This document shows, in pieces, positions 31,501-43,500 of a stretch of 64,000 nucleotides of DNA. The DNA is from Methanobacteriota archaeon (lineage in GTDB: Archaea > Thermoplasmatota > Poseidoniia > Poseidoniales > Poseidoniaceae), in assembly GCA_949514915.1 (NCBI GenBank), contig CATFLP010000104.1, forward strand, positions 2,480 to 66,479, in the 5' to 3' direction. The notes beneath the pieces were generated by a model. That model saw nothing but the letters and a program-made list of their open reading frames with translations, was not told where the DNA came from and did no database searches. A program made the position numbers and the translations under genes. The stretch's first letter is position 1. Every line of letters begins with the position of its first letter.

Positions 31501-34494
31501 GTGATTATGTCGCGGTTTTTCAATCAATCAAAAGTAATGGTGCTTTGTTTAATGATGTTTTGTTCAATTTTATCTTCAGTAATTTCTGTAGAATCTGAAA
31601 CAGAAGATTTGTCTATTTCACCAGTGGTTAAATACGTAGATACTCCAAATCAAGATTATCGTTTTTATTTTGATGGGAAAACTCAAGCTGATGAACAATC
31701 AGGAGATTTCCCCCAATCTGATGGAAAAATAACTACAAAAGAACCGAGTAGCGGAAACCAAGCATCAGTAAGTATTATTGAAAACACTGCAGAATTTACA
31801 ACACCATATTTACTTTCAGACATTAATATCAGTGGAGTAAATAATGAAATAATCTTCAATGTATTTTTTCAATTTGAAGGCCCAGCAGAAGCATCAGCAG
31901 AAATGTCTGTAAAATTAACCACTGATGCAGGAGTCCTTATTTCTACTGTCAATGAAGATTTAGAAGATCCTTGCTCCACTTCCCCCTTCTCGAGTCAGCC
32001 TAATTGTGACGAAGATAATCCCGATGATGAAAGTCTACTCTTAGAGAATGTTGGAACTACTTTAGTTGAATCGGATGGATTTTTGAAAGTTGAAATAGAA
32101 ATAGTTTCTAAAAACGGTTGTGATTCTGGTGGCTTTGGTACTGGAGGATGCGATGTAAAAATATTTTTTGGAGATATTAATAATGATAATTCTGAAACAT
32201 ATCTTAATGTAAGGACAAATACACTTTCTGGAAGTTCAATTAAAGTGCATAAAGAAGGTGCAGGATGGAACGATGTAGAAACTATTGATTGGTATCCTCA
32301 TGATTCTGATGAAGATCGTAATATGCAAATTTCAGTTGATATTAGGAGTGCATTTGGTAGGGCAGATATAAATGAAATTGAAGTATTTATTGACGATGCT
32401 GATGGAGTAGATGGAATTTCTGAATTTTCACATATATTTTCCAATAATGATTTGAAATTAGATAATGGGGGGCTAGTAGGTAATGTTATCTATAGTTATC
32501 AAAAAGGTGGCCTTAAAGCGGGTACATATCCAATTGAATTAAGAGTGACTGATTTGCAACATAATTCTCCAGTAATATTTAGTCATGAACCATTAATATC
32601 TCATACTTATGGGGTCGATTTTGAATTATCAGATGAACAGGGAGATACATTATTGGTTGCTCCAGATCAAACTAGTAGGTTGGAATTCTCACTAACTCAT
32701 ATTGGTTATGCTGACAATGAAATTTCTGTAGAATTATCTATACAACCTCCATTGACAAATGATTGGCAAGTAGAGTTTGATCAACCAGTAGGGGGATATC
32801 AGTTAGATTACGGTGGAACTAATATTAAACCAACATTACTTATTAAAGCACCAGCTGAAGATATGTCTACTACTCCTAGCACAATCAATATTATCGCAGT
32901 ACCAAAAGTAAATGGATCTCAAGTTACTGATGTATCTCAAATTCTACTTGATGTTGAACAAATAGATGTCTTTTCAGACCCTAGATTGTCAATTTTCGAA
33001 GATGCGGAACACCAAATACAAATTGGAGATTCAGTTGATGGTGATTTTGATGTTAATGCCTCAAACTTTGTAGATTTTGAAGGAATTGGCGAGTTTTATC
33101 TTGATGTCAGAAATACAGGTTTTGATGTCGATCAATTTAGAATGAAATTCCTTGAAATTCCAGATCAATGGGATGCAGCATTTGTAGATAACAACACAGG
33201 AGAAGCGATTGTTAAAGATCAGGGTGCATATCCTACAGGAGATGTAAATTCAAATGTAATTGAGACAGTATTAATCGAAGTATATCCTCCTATTGATCGT
33301 GAAGCACCAGATCTTGGTAAAATAACCTTAGAAGTTACTAGTGCTAATGATTTGACTTTGAGGGCAACAATTTCATTTACAGTGCAAAGAACATTTGGTG
33401 TACATTCTACAGTAATTTATGATTGTGATGCTTCCCCGTTAGGATATGTTAATGCTGAACTTTCAACTTGTGAAAATCCTGAGTTTAATGATGAAACATT
33501 TAGGCTTAAAGTAACTAGTACCGCTTCTGAATCTGATACGCAGATAACAACTTTCCAATTAAAAAATCCTAGTTTATTGGATAAAATAATTTTAACTCCT
33601 GATGGGGAACTTGTTTCTCAGAAGGATTATTACGGCACTTGGGATTTTGAAATATATGATAGTAATAGTTCATTAGCATCAAATGTAAAATTATCTTCTG
33701 GAGATTCTACTGAAATAAAACTTCTCATAACTCCAAGTATGGGTATGCTTTCAGGAGATCATACGATTTATTTGAGAATAATCGAGGAAGTAGAAGCTGA
33801 TTCGGGAATAGAACCTAAATATTTTGACATGCCTTTGACAGTATTTATTGGTGAAGATGAGCCACAGATAGAGATAACTCAAACCTCAGCTAATGAATTG
33901 ATAGGAATAAATTCTTTTGAAGAGATTGAAATGCGTGTTTATAATGTTGCTAATGTTGAAGCATTAGTGCTATTGAAATTAGAATCAACAATAGGTGGAG
34001 ATTGGAAAGTCGAAATAGAATCTGAAGATGGAGGGGAGTTATTAACCGTTGCACCTTTTAGTGAAAAGAACTTCACAATTAGAATCGATTCGCCTCCTTG
34101 TATGAGGCATAATGAAGTATATGACTTTGAGATTACAGCTAAACCATTAGATCTCAATGAGGCATATGGTTCAGAGTACACTACAGTTAAAACAGTAAGA
34201 ATACAGACAAATGTAGACAATATACCTTGCAGAATCCAATCAGAATTATTTAGTGAACCAGACCCAATTACACTAGGAGTTCTAGGATCTGTTGTGCTTA
34301 TGGCTGTATTTTGGTTTTCACGTAGAGGTGCAAATGGTCAAGAATTAGATATGTGGGATGTCGAAGAATCATTCGATGAGAGCAGCGATATCCAATCTTC
34401 TATTTCTGAAGAAATAGAAACTAATGAAGAAACTATTGAAGATATTCCAGAACCTATACATTATGAAGAAGTAGAATTAGTTGAAGAAGACTAA
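31501..34494 (+). CDS. Large secreted, C-terminally anchored Ig-like (beta-sandwich) surface protein
   Basis: Signal peptide, acidic beta-rich repeats (e.g. YLDVRNTGFDVDQF..IPDQW, NEW3/CARDB-like), a C-terminal TM and an acidic tail. Confidence 0.75.
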   Translation: MIMSRFFNQSKVMVLCLMMFCSILSSVISVESETEDLSISPVVKYVDTPNQDYRFYFDGKTQADEQSGDFPQSDGKITTKEPSSGNQASVSIIENTAEFTTPYLLSDINISGVNNEIIFNVFFQFEGPAEASAEMSVKLTTDAGVLISTVNEDLEDPCSTSPFSSQPNCDEDNPDDESLLLENVGTTLVESDGFLKVEIEIVSKNGCDSGGFGTGGCDVKIFFGDINNDNSETYLNVRTNTLSGSSIKVHKEGAGWNDVETIDWYPHDSDEDRNMQISVDIRSAFGRADINEIEVFIDDADGVDGISEFSHIFSNNDLKLDNGGLVGNVIYSYQKGGLKAGTYPIELRVTDLQHNSPVIFSHEPLISHTYGVDFELSDEQGDTLLVAPDQTSRLEFSLTHIGYADNEISVELSIQPPLTNDWQVEFDQPVGGYQLDYGGTNIKPTLLIKAPAEDMSTTPSTINIIAVPKVNGSQVTDVSQILLDVEQIDVFSDPRLSIFEDAEHQIQIGDSVDGDFDVNASNFVDFEGIGEFYLDVRNTGFDVDQFRMKFLEIPDQWDAAFVDNNTGEAIVKDQGAYPTGDVNSNVIETVLIEVYPPIDREAPDLGKITLEVTSANDLTLRATISFTVQRTFGVHSTVIYDCDASPLGYVNAELSTCENPEFNDETFRLKVTSTASESDTQITTFQLKNPSLLDKIILTPDGELVSQKDYYGTWDFEIYDSNSSLASNVKLSSGDSTEIKLLITPSMGMLSGDHTIYLRIIEEVEADSGIEPKYFDMPLTVFIGEDEPQIEITQTSANELIGINSFEEIEMRVYNVANVEALVLLKLESTIGGDWKVEIESEDGGELLTVAPFSEKNFTIRIDSPPCMRHNEVYDFEITAKPLDLNEAYGSEYTTVKTVRIQTNVDNIPCRIQSELFSEPDPITLGVLGSVVLMAVFWFSRRGANGQELDMWDVEESFDESSDIQSSISEEIETNEETIEDIPEPIHYEEVELVEED

Positions 34495-34497
34495 TTT

Positions 34498-34515
34498 CTC
34501 CCCCTAAAGGGGGAG
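34498..34515. terminator. Perfect GC hairpin between the two surface-protein genes (terminator or RNA-stabilising element)
   Basis: CTCCCCC-TAAA-GGGGGAG, 3 nt after the stop codon at 34494. Confidence 0.4.
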
Positions 34516-34578
34516 TCTTGTATGAACAACGTACCATTCCCCTTAAGTCCTTCTTTGACCGGCTACTGTTGAGGTGAG

Positions 34579-37500
34579 ATGATTTCATACACAGAAATAC
34601 AGTCAGGCCGCGCTAAAGAAAATGAGATAAATTTGCTAATAATCAAGCAAAGGCGCTCAATTTTCATGATTATACTGCTCTTAGGAGTTACATTTGCCAC
34701 AATACAGTTTGCATCTTGGCAAGCAATGGCTTCAAGTGATCAAGATGGAGACGGATTAATTACATCAATAGAATATTTATTGAATACTCAGATCCAAAAT
34801 TGGGATTCTGACGGAGACGGACTTCCAGATGGATGGGAGTGGAAATATGGATTGAATCCATTAAGTGCATCTGTAGGAGATGATGGACAAACAGGAGATC
34901 CAGATGGTGATCAATTAACTAATTTACAAGAGTATAATTACGGCCTTCCACCCAATTGGGATAATTCAAACACTCCAGATGTATTGGATAATGGAGTTTG
35001 GTGGAATGGTACAGTTCCAGTAAATAATTGGAACGAAGAAGATGCACTACAATACAATCAACCAGGTTGTGGAGATTCAGGCGCAGATGGAGTTGGAGGA
35101 GTAATTCTTTGTGATGAAGATCCTGTAGGTGATATTTGTTCTGATGGGTTTGATAATGATCATGATGGGCAAATAGATGCTCAAGATTCAGATAATGATG
35201 GTGATGCTGTTTGTGGAAGTAATGATGATGATGGTGACGGTTTGATTGATGAAGATCCATATGGTTGGGATACTGACGCTGATGGATTAAGTGATGGTTG
35301 GGAAGTTGCTAATGGTTTGGATCCTACAGATCCTACAGGAAATAATGGTGCACAAGGAGACCCTGATGGAGACGGCATGATTAATATTTATGAATACATT
35401 AACCCTAGTTGGGACACTCAATGTAATGCTGCAGATTGTTTTTGGCCTGCACCGTCACATTATGCTCCGTCCGATGTAATGACAGGAACTGAAAGCCCAT
35501 GTAATCCAGTTACAGGAGATGGTCCTAATGGATGTGCAAATCTTGTTGCCGAAGTAGATGGCAATACACAAACAAATCCAAATAATCCTGATACAGATGG
35601 CGACTCAATTTCAGATGGCGACGAAGTTACGATTTGGTTGACTGATCCTACAGAGGCAGATACTGATGGTGATGGATTAACTGATGGAGTAGAGATTAAC
35701 AGTGGATATGGTAATCCAGCTCAAGCAACAGATCCTAGAAATAATAATACTGACGGAGATGCATGGGATGATGGAGATGAAGATGTAAACTTCAATGGTC
35801 AAATTGATGGAAACGAAAGTGATCCTACACGTAGAGAAGATACGGGCGATTTTGATGAAGATGGAATAGACAATTGGGAAGAAAATTTGACATGTACCGA
35901 TTGGAATAATGCAGATACAGATTACGGGGGAGTTTTAGATGGAGATGAAGTAAATCCATTACATGGAACAGATCCTTGTGATTCATTAGTTGATGAAGTA
36001 TCAACAATTCTTTCATGGGGTAGTGCTACTTTGACTCTAAGTGATGCTAGTGCATTCAATCCTAATGGAGGAAAAGGATGGTATCAAAGTACAAGTGGTA
36101 TTTTGACTGAGTTTGATTATGCGGCTAAAGTTGGAAATCAACTTAACAATGTAAATGTTGCACCAAGTGGTGGAGATATTGTACTTGCAAAAGATGGTTC
36201 ATGGTGTAGGATGGATGCAGAGGCAGATGGGACTATCTTCACAACAAGACAATATTGTGATGATGATTTTTATGATACAGATGGTGATGGCTTAGCAGAT
36301 TGGCAAGAGAGAACCGCATTTTTTGGATATTTTTCAAATCATACAAATGTAGATTCAGATGGCGATGGCCAAAATGATTATGATGAAGTAATGGGTGCTA
36401 CAGATCCTTTGATTGCTTGTGAAAATTCATTAGATGCAGATAATGATGGCGTGAATGATTATTTTGAAACGACCACTGGTTGTAATCTTGTGTATATTGG
36501 TGTATTAAGTGGAGGAAATGACAATTATGTCACAGATCCTTTGATTTTTGATACAGATAATGGTGGAGTAAGCGACTATCAGGAATATTTTGATGGTACA
36601 AACCCAGAAGATGACCCATCTGATGATATAAACCCTCAAGATACAGATGGTGATGGAATTCCAGATTCAATAGAGAATCTTACTGGAACTGATTGGAGGA
36701 ATCCAGATACAGATGGCGGAGGAATGTCTGACTATGCAGAATGCCCACCACAATTTTGGGCAACATTGTGTAATGGTTCTAATTATGATCCTTTTGATCC
36801 AACAGATGATGTGACTGATGAAAATGTGGTATTTTGGGCTAATACAACTAGTAATTTACTTGATAGAGATTCAACATTGTATTGGAGAGTGAATACTTAT
36901 GATAATTATACTGGAGGAGGATATGGTATAGATGCATCTTCACATCCATCACAACTTATGAGTCCTAATTATCTAAACACTACTTGGATAGCAGATTCAA
37001 CATATTCTAATGGTACAATAAGTTGGAATATGGCTTATAATTCTCCTATTTCAAATGGTCTTACTGTTCCAATGCCTCATAATTGGGAAGCATTGGATAT
37101 TTGGTCAGATCCAACTTCAAAACTTGAGCGTTGGGATAGAGTTTCCACAGTTACAGCTGATGGTTCTCCATTATTCGAATTAACAACTCAAGCTAAGCAA
37201 TTATGGTATGAAGAAGCAGATTTAGATGATTCAGAACCTCATATTCCAAGTTCATTAGAATTAAATTTACCCTCTTATTTCTCAGATGGAGTTTCTAATG
37301 AATCGATTGTTGATACAATTACACAAGAAGTAATAGCAGATTCAGGTGAAACAAGTGGTTTTGGTATGGCATTCGCACTTGCAGAATATCTGAGGCAAGG
37401 AAATGAGACTTTATTTTATCAAATTAATTACAATGGTTCCGGTGTTGATCCGAGTGATGATATTGTCTGGCATATTCTTAATAATTCAAAAGAAGGGACT

Positions 37501-40500
37501 TGTTCAGACTTTGTTACTGTATTTGTAACAATGGCTAGACTTGCAGGGATTCCTGCACGTAAAGTATCTGGATTTATGAATGGAGAGCAAACAACAGATG
37601 GATATGAAGTTTCTAGTACTAATGCTGCAGTTTGGGCAGAATTTCACCTAAGAAGTGTTTCTACGGGGGCGGATTTAGGCTGGATTCCTATAGATCCTTG
37701 CCCACAACCATTAGAGATTGAATTAGTTAATATGACTTATATTCCAGATACATGGGATCGAGATGGGCTAACAAATATTACAATTGAAGGAGACTTAGTA
37801 TATTCTAGCAACGGTACAGGGATAGATGGAAATACTGTTCGAGGATATCTTGCTCAAGCACCTCAAGATCCTGAGGCATCAGTTACTACAGACTCATCAT
37901 TGTTAGTAGGTACTGCAACAGTTACAAATGCTACAGGCCACTTTATAATCACTGGAGTTCCTGCTGAAGCAGTAATGCCTGGTTTCCAAAAGATTGTAGT
38001 TGTTAATTCTGCTGAAGAATATATTCCTCCTAGAATTCATGAATATCCTGGACATATTAATGTGACAGATGATAGTGTGCTTGTTCATACTTCATCTACA
38101 TCAATAGGTCAAGGGGCAACTACAGATTTCAGTGGTACATTAAATTTTGAAAACATACCTCTTTTAGATGTTTCAGAAATGGCTAATTTGACTGTGCAAT
38201 TAGATTATACTTCACAAGTTTCAGGGGCGGAATCAGTTACTACAGAAGTTGGTAAAGGTGGGGAATGGTCATTTTCATTAACATTAGATCCATCTGAACC
38301 GCTTGGACCTTTACAATTTACAGTATCATTCCTAGGGTGGGAAGACCCAGATGAAACTTATCCAGGTTCACCGATACATCTACGAGCATCATCTATTATT
38401 GTTAATGCTACAGTATCATTAGCTCCTGATGTTCAAGGTACTGTGGAGGGGCATGAAGTTAATAGTTCAAGATTATTGGTTGGGAATTATGTTTATGTGA
38501 ACGGAACAGCAAATAGTGCAGGAGCAAATCCATCACCAATGGATGGTTTGCTCGAATTAGGAATCAGAGCAAATGGTTCTGGATTAGATTATCTTGTAGT
38601 ATTTAATCAATCAGTAAATGGAAGCTTTTCAATCTCTTATTTGCTTAATGCATCGTCAATTAACATACCTGCAGGACTTATTGATGTGAGATTAAGATTC
38701 TATCCTACAACATTAGATACAACAGATGATGCCGATTTAGGTGATGAATATTTGCTTAGAAGTTATTTGACTTTTGAAATATATGCAACTCCTCAGATGA
38801 GGGGTTCAGATGCTAATGTAGCAGTAACTGCTAAAGATCATAGGGGAATAAGTACTGATTTAGATTTGACAGGTACTTTCAATCATTTCTTTGACAGTGC
38901 ATTAGTAAATACTAGTGTTGATCCTTTATCAAATCCAATTCCAGTTAATTGGGCAACATTGAGTTCAATGCTTCCTGGAGACTATGTGTTTGAAACTAAT
39001 TTTGGAGGTTCAGAATTATATGAAGCATCTAGTAGTCAAGAATTTATTAGAATTCAAGGTTATGCTGCATTACAAGTATCATTAAGTTCAAATTGGATAC
39101 ATATTGGAGATGTTGGATATTTAACTGGGCAGTTAATTGATGAAGATAAATCACCACCTGGTCCAATTACTGGTAATGCAACTGAAATAATTCTCCAGAT
39201 TTTAGAACAAGAACAATTAAAGGATACAATTATTGGAAATGGAACAGTAGATGTAAATACTGGAGAATTCAATATTTCCTTTATGATGCCATCTGGATTA
39301 TCTGCTGGAGCCTATTTATTTTCAGTAACTCCTTCTGGATTAATTGAACCAGAATATTATATTATGCCTAGAGCAATTAATGTTACTGTGGGATTAGAAT
39401 CTGAATTTAAATTGGAGGTTGCTGATTCTGAAGGAGATCCAGTAAATGGTGCAAATGTTTTGAATGCACCACTAAGTGGAGATTTAGAATTTGGAGTCTT
39501 TGCAATAGATATTGGTAATAATTCTAGAGTTTCAGATAGAACAATACATGCGGTATTTGATTGGAATGGTAGTCAACAGGCATTACCTGATGAAGTAACT
39601 CAGACATGGAACATTCCAGATGGTAGAGGCGGTTTTACAACAGAAGCAGGTTCTGCTAATTTTACTTGGACAATACCTGGAGGGACAGCACCTGGAACTT
39701 ATATTCTAAGAATATATATTGATGATGATGTTTCAGATTTAATCTCAGATATTGATCCTGCAAGATGGATTGGAAACGAAACATTCGTAGATGTTACAAT
39801 ACAAGTTCCTTCAGCAGTTGTTATTGATTGGATACAACCAGAAGTTACAGCTGGAGCATTTTTCTCAGTATCAGGTCATGTAGAGGATGGAGACGATAAT
39901 ACAAGAGTTTTCAATGGTCCAATTTCTCTTAAGGTGTACTTTTTAACAGACGAGGATGAACAGTTGATTACAACATATGTCACTAATGCAACAGGATGGT
40001 TTAACATCTCATCTCCAACTGATTCATCATTAGATGGAGTTTCAAGTGGAGATAGAATTGTAGTAGTTGAAGTAATAAATGGATCTAATATTTACTACTT
40101 GCCAAGTTCTGATCAAGCATCAATTCACGTAACAGGAGTTAGTGCCTTTGTAGAGTTAAATCATAGTAATCCAATAATAATAAATCGTGGTGAAACATTA
40201 GAAGTATTTTCTAAATTAGTTGAAACATCTGCTACATGTTCAGCATGTGCATTTGATACACCAATTGATGTTCGTCAGAAAAATAAACCTGTATATTTCT
40301 TGTTTGATGAAACATGGTTGCCAGGACAAGTTACAAATTCAACAGGAGAAGTTGGATTCAGTTATCAAATACCATTTGATCAACCACTTGGTACAGTAGT
40401 TCTTACTCTGTATTATAATGGATCTAATGATGTACATCCTACAACTAGAAACCTACCATCTACAATAATTCGTTCAGTAACAATATTAGTTATGGACCCA

Positions 40501-43500
40501 ATTGTTGAAAATCCAATGGCAGGTGGGACCTTTAATTTATCTGGAACAATAGAATCAGATAATGGAACTTCGTTAATGAATAGGAACGGTGTGCCTTTGT
40601 TGGCACAGGTTCAAATCACAATGGATGGTCAATCAATTCAGTACGTTGATGGACAAATAAATGCTAATGGAACTTGGTATGCAAATGTATATGTTGAACC
40701 TACAACACCTGCAGGAACACATGAAATTAGAGTTGCATATAATCCACAAGTACCGTTCTACATAAATAGTTCAGTATTTGATACAATTGACATTAGAGGA
40801 TATGCAGTAATTGACTTCCTTGAACCAGGTAATTTACAGAATGCAGATTCTAAAGATAGGGGGACCTCTGTAGATGTTGTAGTTCGCGTCTTTGATAATG
40901 CAGGTCAACCAGTACCAAATGCGTTGGTTAATGTAGATTTATTAACAACAAGTGAAACTGGAACTTTGATTACAAACGCATCAGGTTTAGGAGAGGTTAC
41001 AATTAATATTCCACAAGATGTAAATCCTGGAATTTTTACTTTATTTGCATCTTGGCCTGGAAATGTACAAACAATTGGAAGTACTGGTATTGAGGGAGGT
41101 AACTCTTCAGTTAATTTTGTTGTATTGGCACATACAGAATTAACTCTTGATTCAGTAGAAGGTAGTATGATTGTTGGTGAAAATATATGGGTTAATGGAA
41201 CATTACTTGATGATGTTGGTAATCCCTTATTAGGCGTTGATGGATTAGCTGCTGGTGGATTAGTAAGGCTGTATATCGATAATTTGCCAATTGCTACAAG
41301 CATTAGTGATGGAAATACGGGATTATATTCAATAGAATATGAATTGCCAGAATGGATGAGTGCAGGATCTCATAGTATGCGTGTAGAGTTTAGTGGAGGA
41401 TTTTTGTGGGTAGCCCCATATGCGAATGGAGATTCAGTAAACCCAGAATATTATTGGAATTCTTCATATCCTTCACCTGATCAAGAATTTGATGTATTTG
41501 TCCCTACTGAAGTTGTAGTGATTACACCACAAGGAAGTCAAGTAGATCGAGGTTCTGACTTGATTATTAATGGAACATTAGTAGATATCCAAAATAGAGA
41601 ATTAGGAGGAAGGACTCTGCAAATTTTTGTAGGTGCAAATGATGGAACTCCAGATTATTTTGTGTCAACTAATGAGTATGGAATATTTACAATTTCTTTA
41701 CGTGTGCCTGATGATCAGCCACTAGGTGAACTTGATATTACGATAAGATTTGATGGTGATGATTTCAATCTAAGTTCAGAATCTATCTCTAAGTGGTATG
41801 TATATGCAACAACTTCAGTTTCTATTGATGAATTATCACCTCAAACATTGGGTGATAATATTACAATTACAGGTTTAATTATAGATAATCTTGAAGAATC
41901 ACTAGATCAACACCAATTAAGAATAACACTTGATGGAGTAGAAATTGGTATAATTAACAGTAGTTCTGATGGTTCATGGACTTTTGATTGGGTTATACCT
42001 CCTGGAACAAATTGGGGAGAACATACAATTGGAGTGAGAGCACCTAATCAAGGATATTATCGTGAAAGTTATGCAGAAACATCCTTGTTTGTAGCTCATA
42101 GAAGTTCTTTAGAATATAGTTTAGAGCAAGAATCTGTAGTAAGAGGAGAAAGTTGGAATTTGTCTGGAATACTTTACGATGCAGATGATTTATCGAAGAT
42201 AGGTCTAGGGAATGAAACATTAACTGTTTACTTAGATGGTGTTTTACAGCCACAATCAATTCAAACTGAATCTGATGGTTCGTGGACTTATTATTTGCCA
42301 GTTGATATGTCATTGGAACGTGGAAAACATACTATTTTAGTTGAATTTGCTGGAACAATAACTCATGTTGGAAGTTCTCAAGAGGTTGAAGTCACTGCTT
42401 GGTCTGAAGTAAATATTCAATTTACAGAACTTTCTTCGGAATATGTGGTTCGGGGCTCAGATGAATTCCCAATAGAGATATATGGGGAAATTTCTGAGAT
42501 CGGTGGTAATAATTACAAGTTTTCTAATTTATCCTTGTCTCTTTTGACTGAAGATGGAACTTTAATCTCAAGTCAGCTGAATTGGACAGTAATAGGTACA
42601 CAATTATTCTATATTAGTGCAATAGCACCTACTACTTTATCACCAGGTAATTTAGTTTTAGTAGTTGAATTTTCAGGTTCTGATGAAGAATACTTAGTAT
42701 CTAATTCAAATAATCTGACAATGTTATTGAAAGTAGATGCCACCTTTGAGATGGACTTGGAAACAATTGTTTTGGGTGAAAGAGAAGATATTTATGGAAA
42801 TATTACTGTTACTGCTGACGATACAAGTCAACCATTAGAAGGAATTAGTGTTATTTTGACTTTAGGAAATGAAACAGGGAATTTAATAACAAGGACCTTA
42901 ATTACTAACGAGTTTGGTGTAGCAGAAATAAACTTAGAAAACACACCACCTTATTCAGATACTACATCTTTTGGAACAGTTGAATTAGAGTTAACATCAG
43001 ATGATTCTAGGATTTCAAATAAATCTTTAGTGACATTACAAGCAAAGGTTCCAAATTCCTTAATTTATCAATCAGTTGAAGTAGAAAGCGGCCCATCAGG
43101 TTTTGTTTGGGCTTCATTAGTATCTCTAGTAGTATTAGCAGGAGTTGGTATAATGTGGTATAGAAAGAGAAAACAAGATGTGTTGGATGAGATTGCTAGT
43201 ATCTTTAGTTATACTGCAGAATTACTTGCTCATGGAGATGAAATAAGAGAATCAGTATTCCATTGTTATGAGGACCTTTGTAGAGTATTAACAAAACATG
43301 GTTATCTAAGAAGAGACTTTGAAACAGTAAGGGAATTTGAGATGGCTTTGAGAAGTGCACTTCCTATTCGTGAGAACTTCTTAATTGAATTAGATAATGT
43401 ATTCGAAGAAGCAAGATACTCAAGACATGAGATGAACACACAAGATGCACTGAGGGCACAATCAGCTTTAGAAGGTGTACAAAGTGAATTGGTAAGAATG

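Noticed and set aside
31296-31598. 100-aa plus-strand ORF beginning MLGVGFEPTK
   Set aside because: It is the antisense translation of the tRNA-Leu gene, a classic spurious ORF.
34735-36810. DNA repeats as a CRISPR array or tandem repeat locus
   Set aside because: The repeats are degenerate, in-frame and encode Asp-rich peptide motifs. There is no constant repeat-spacer period and no cas gene.
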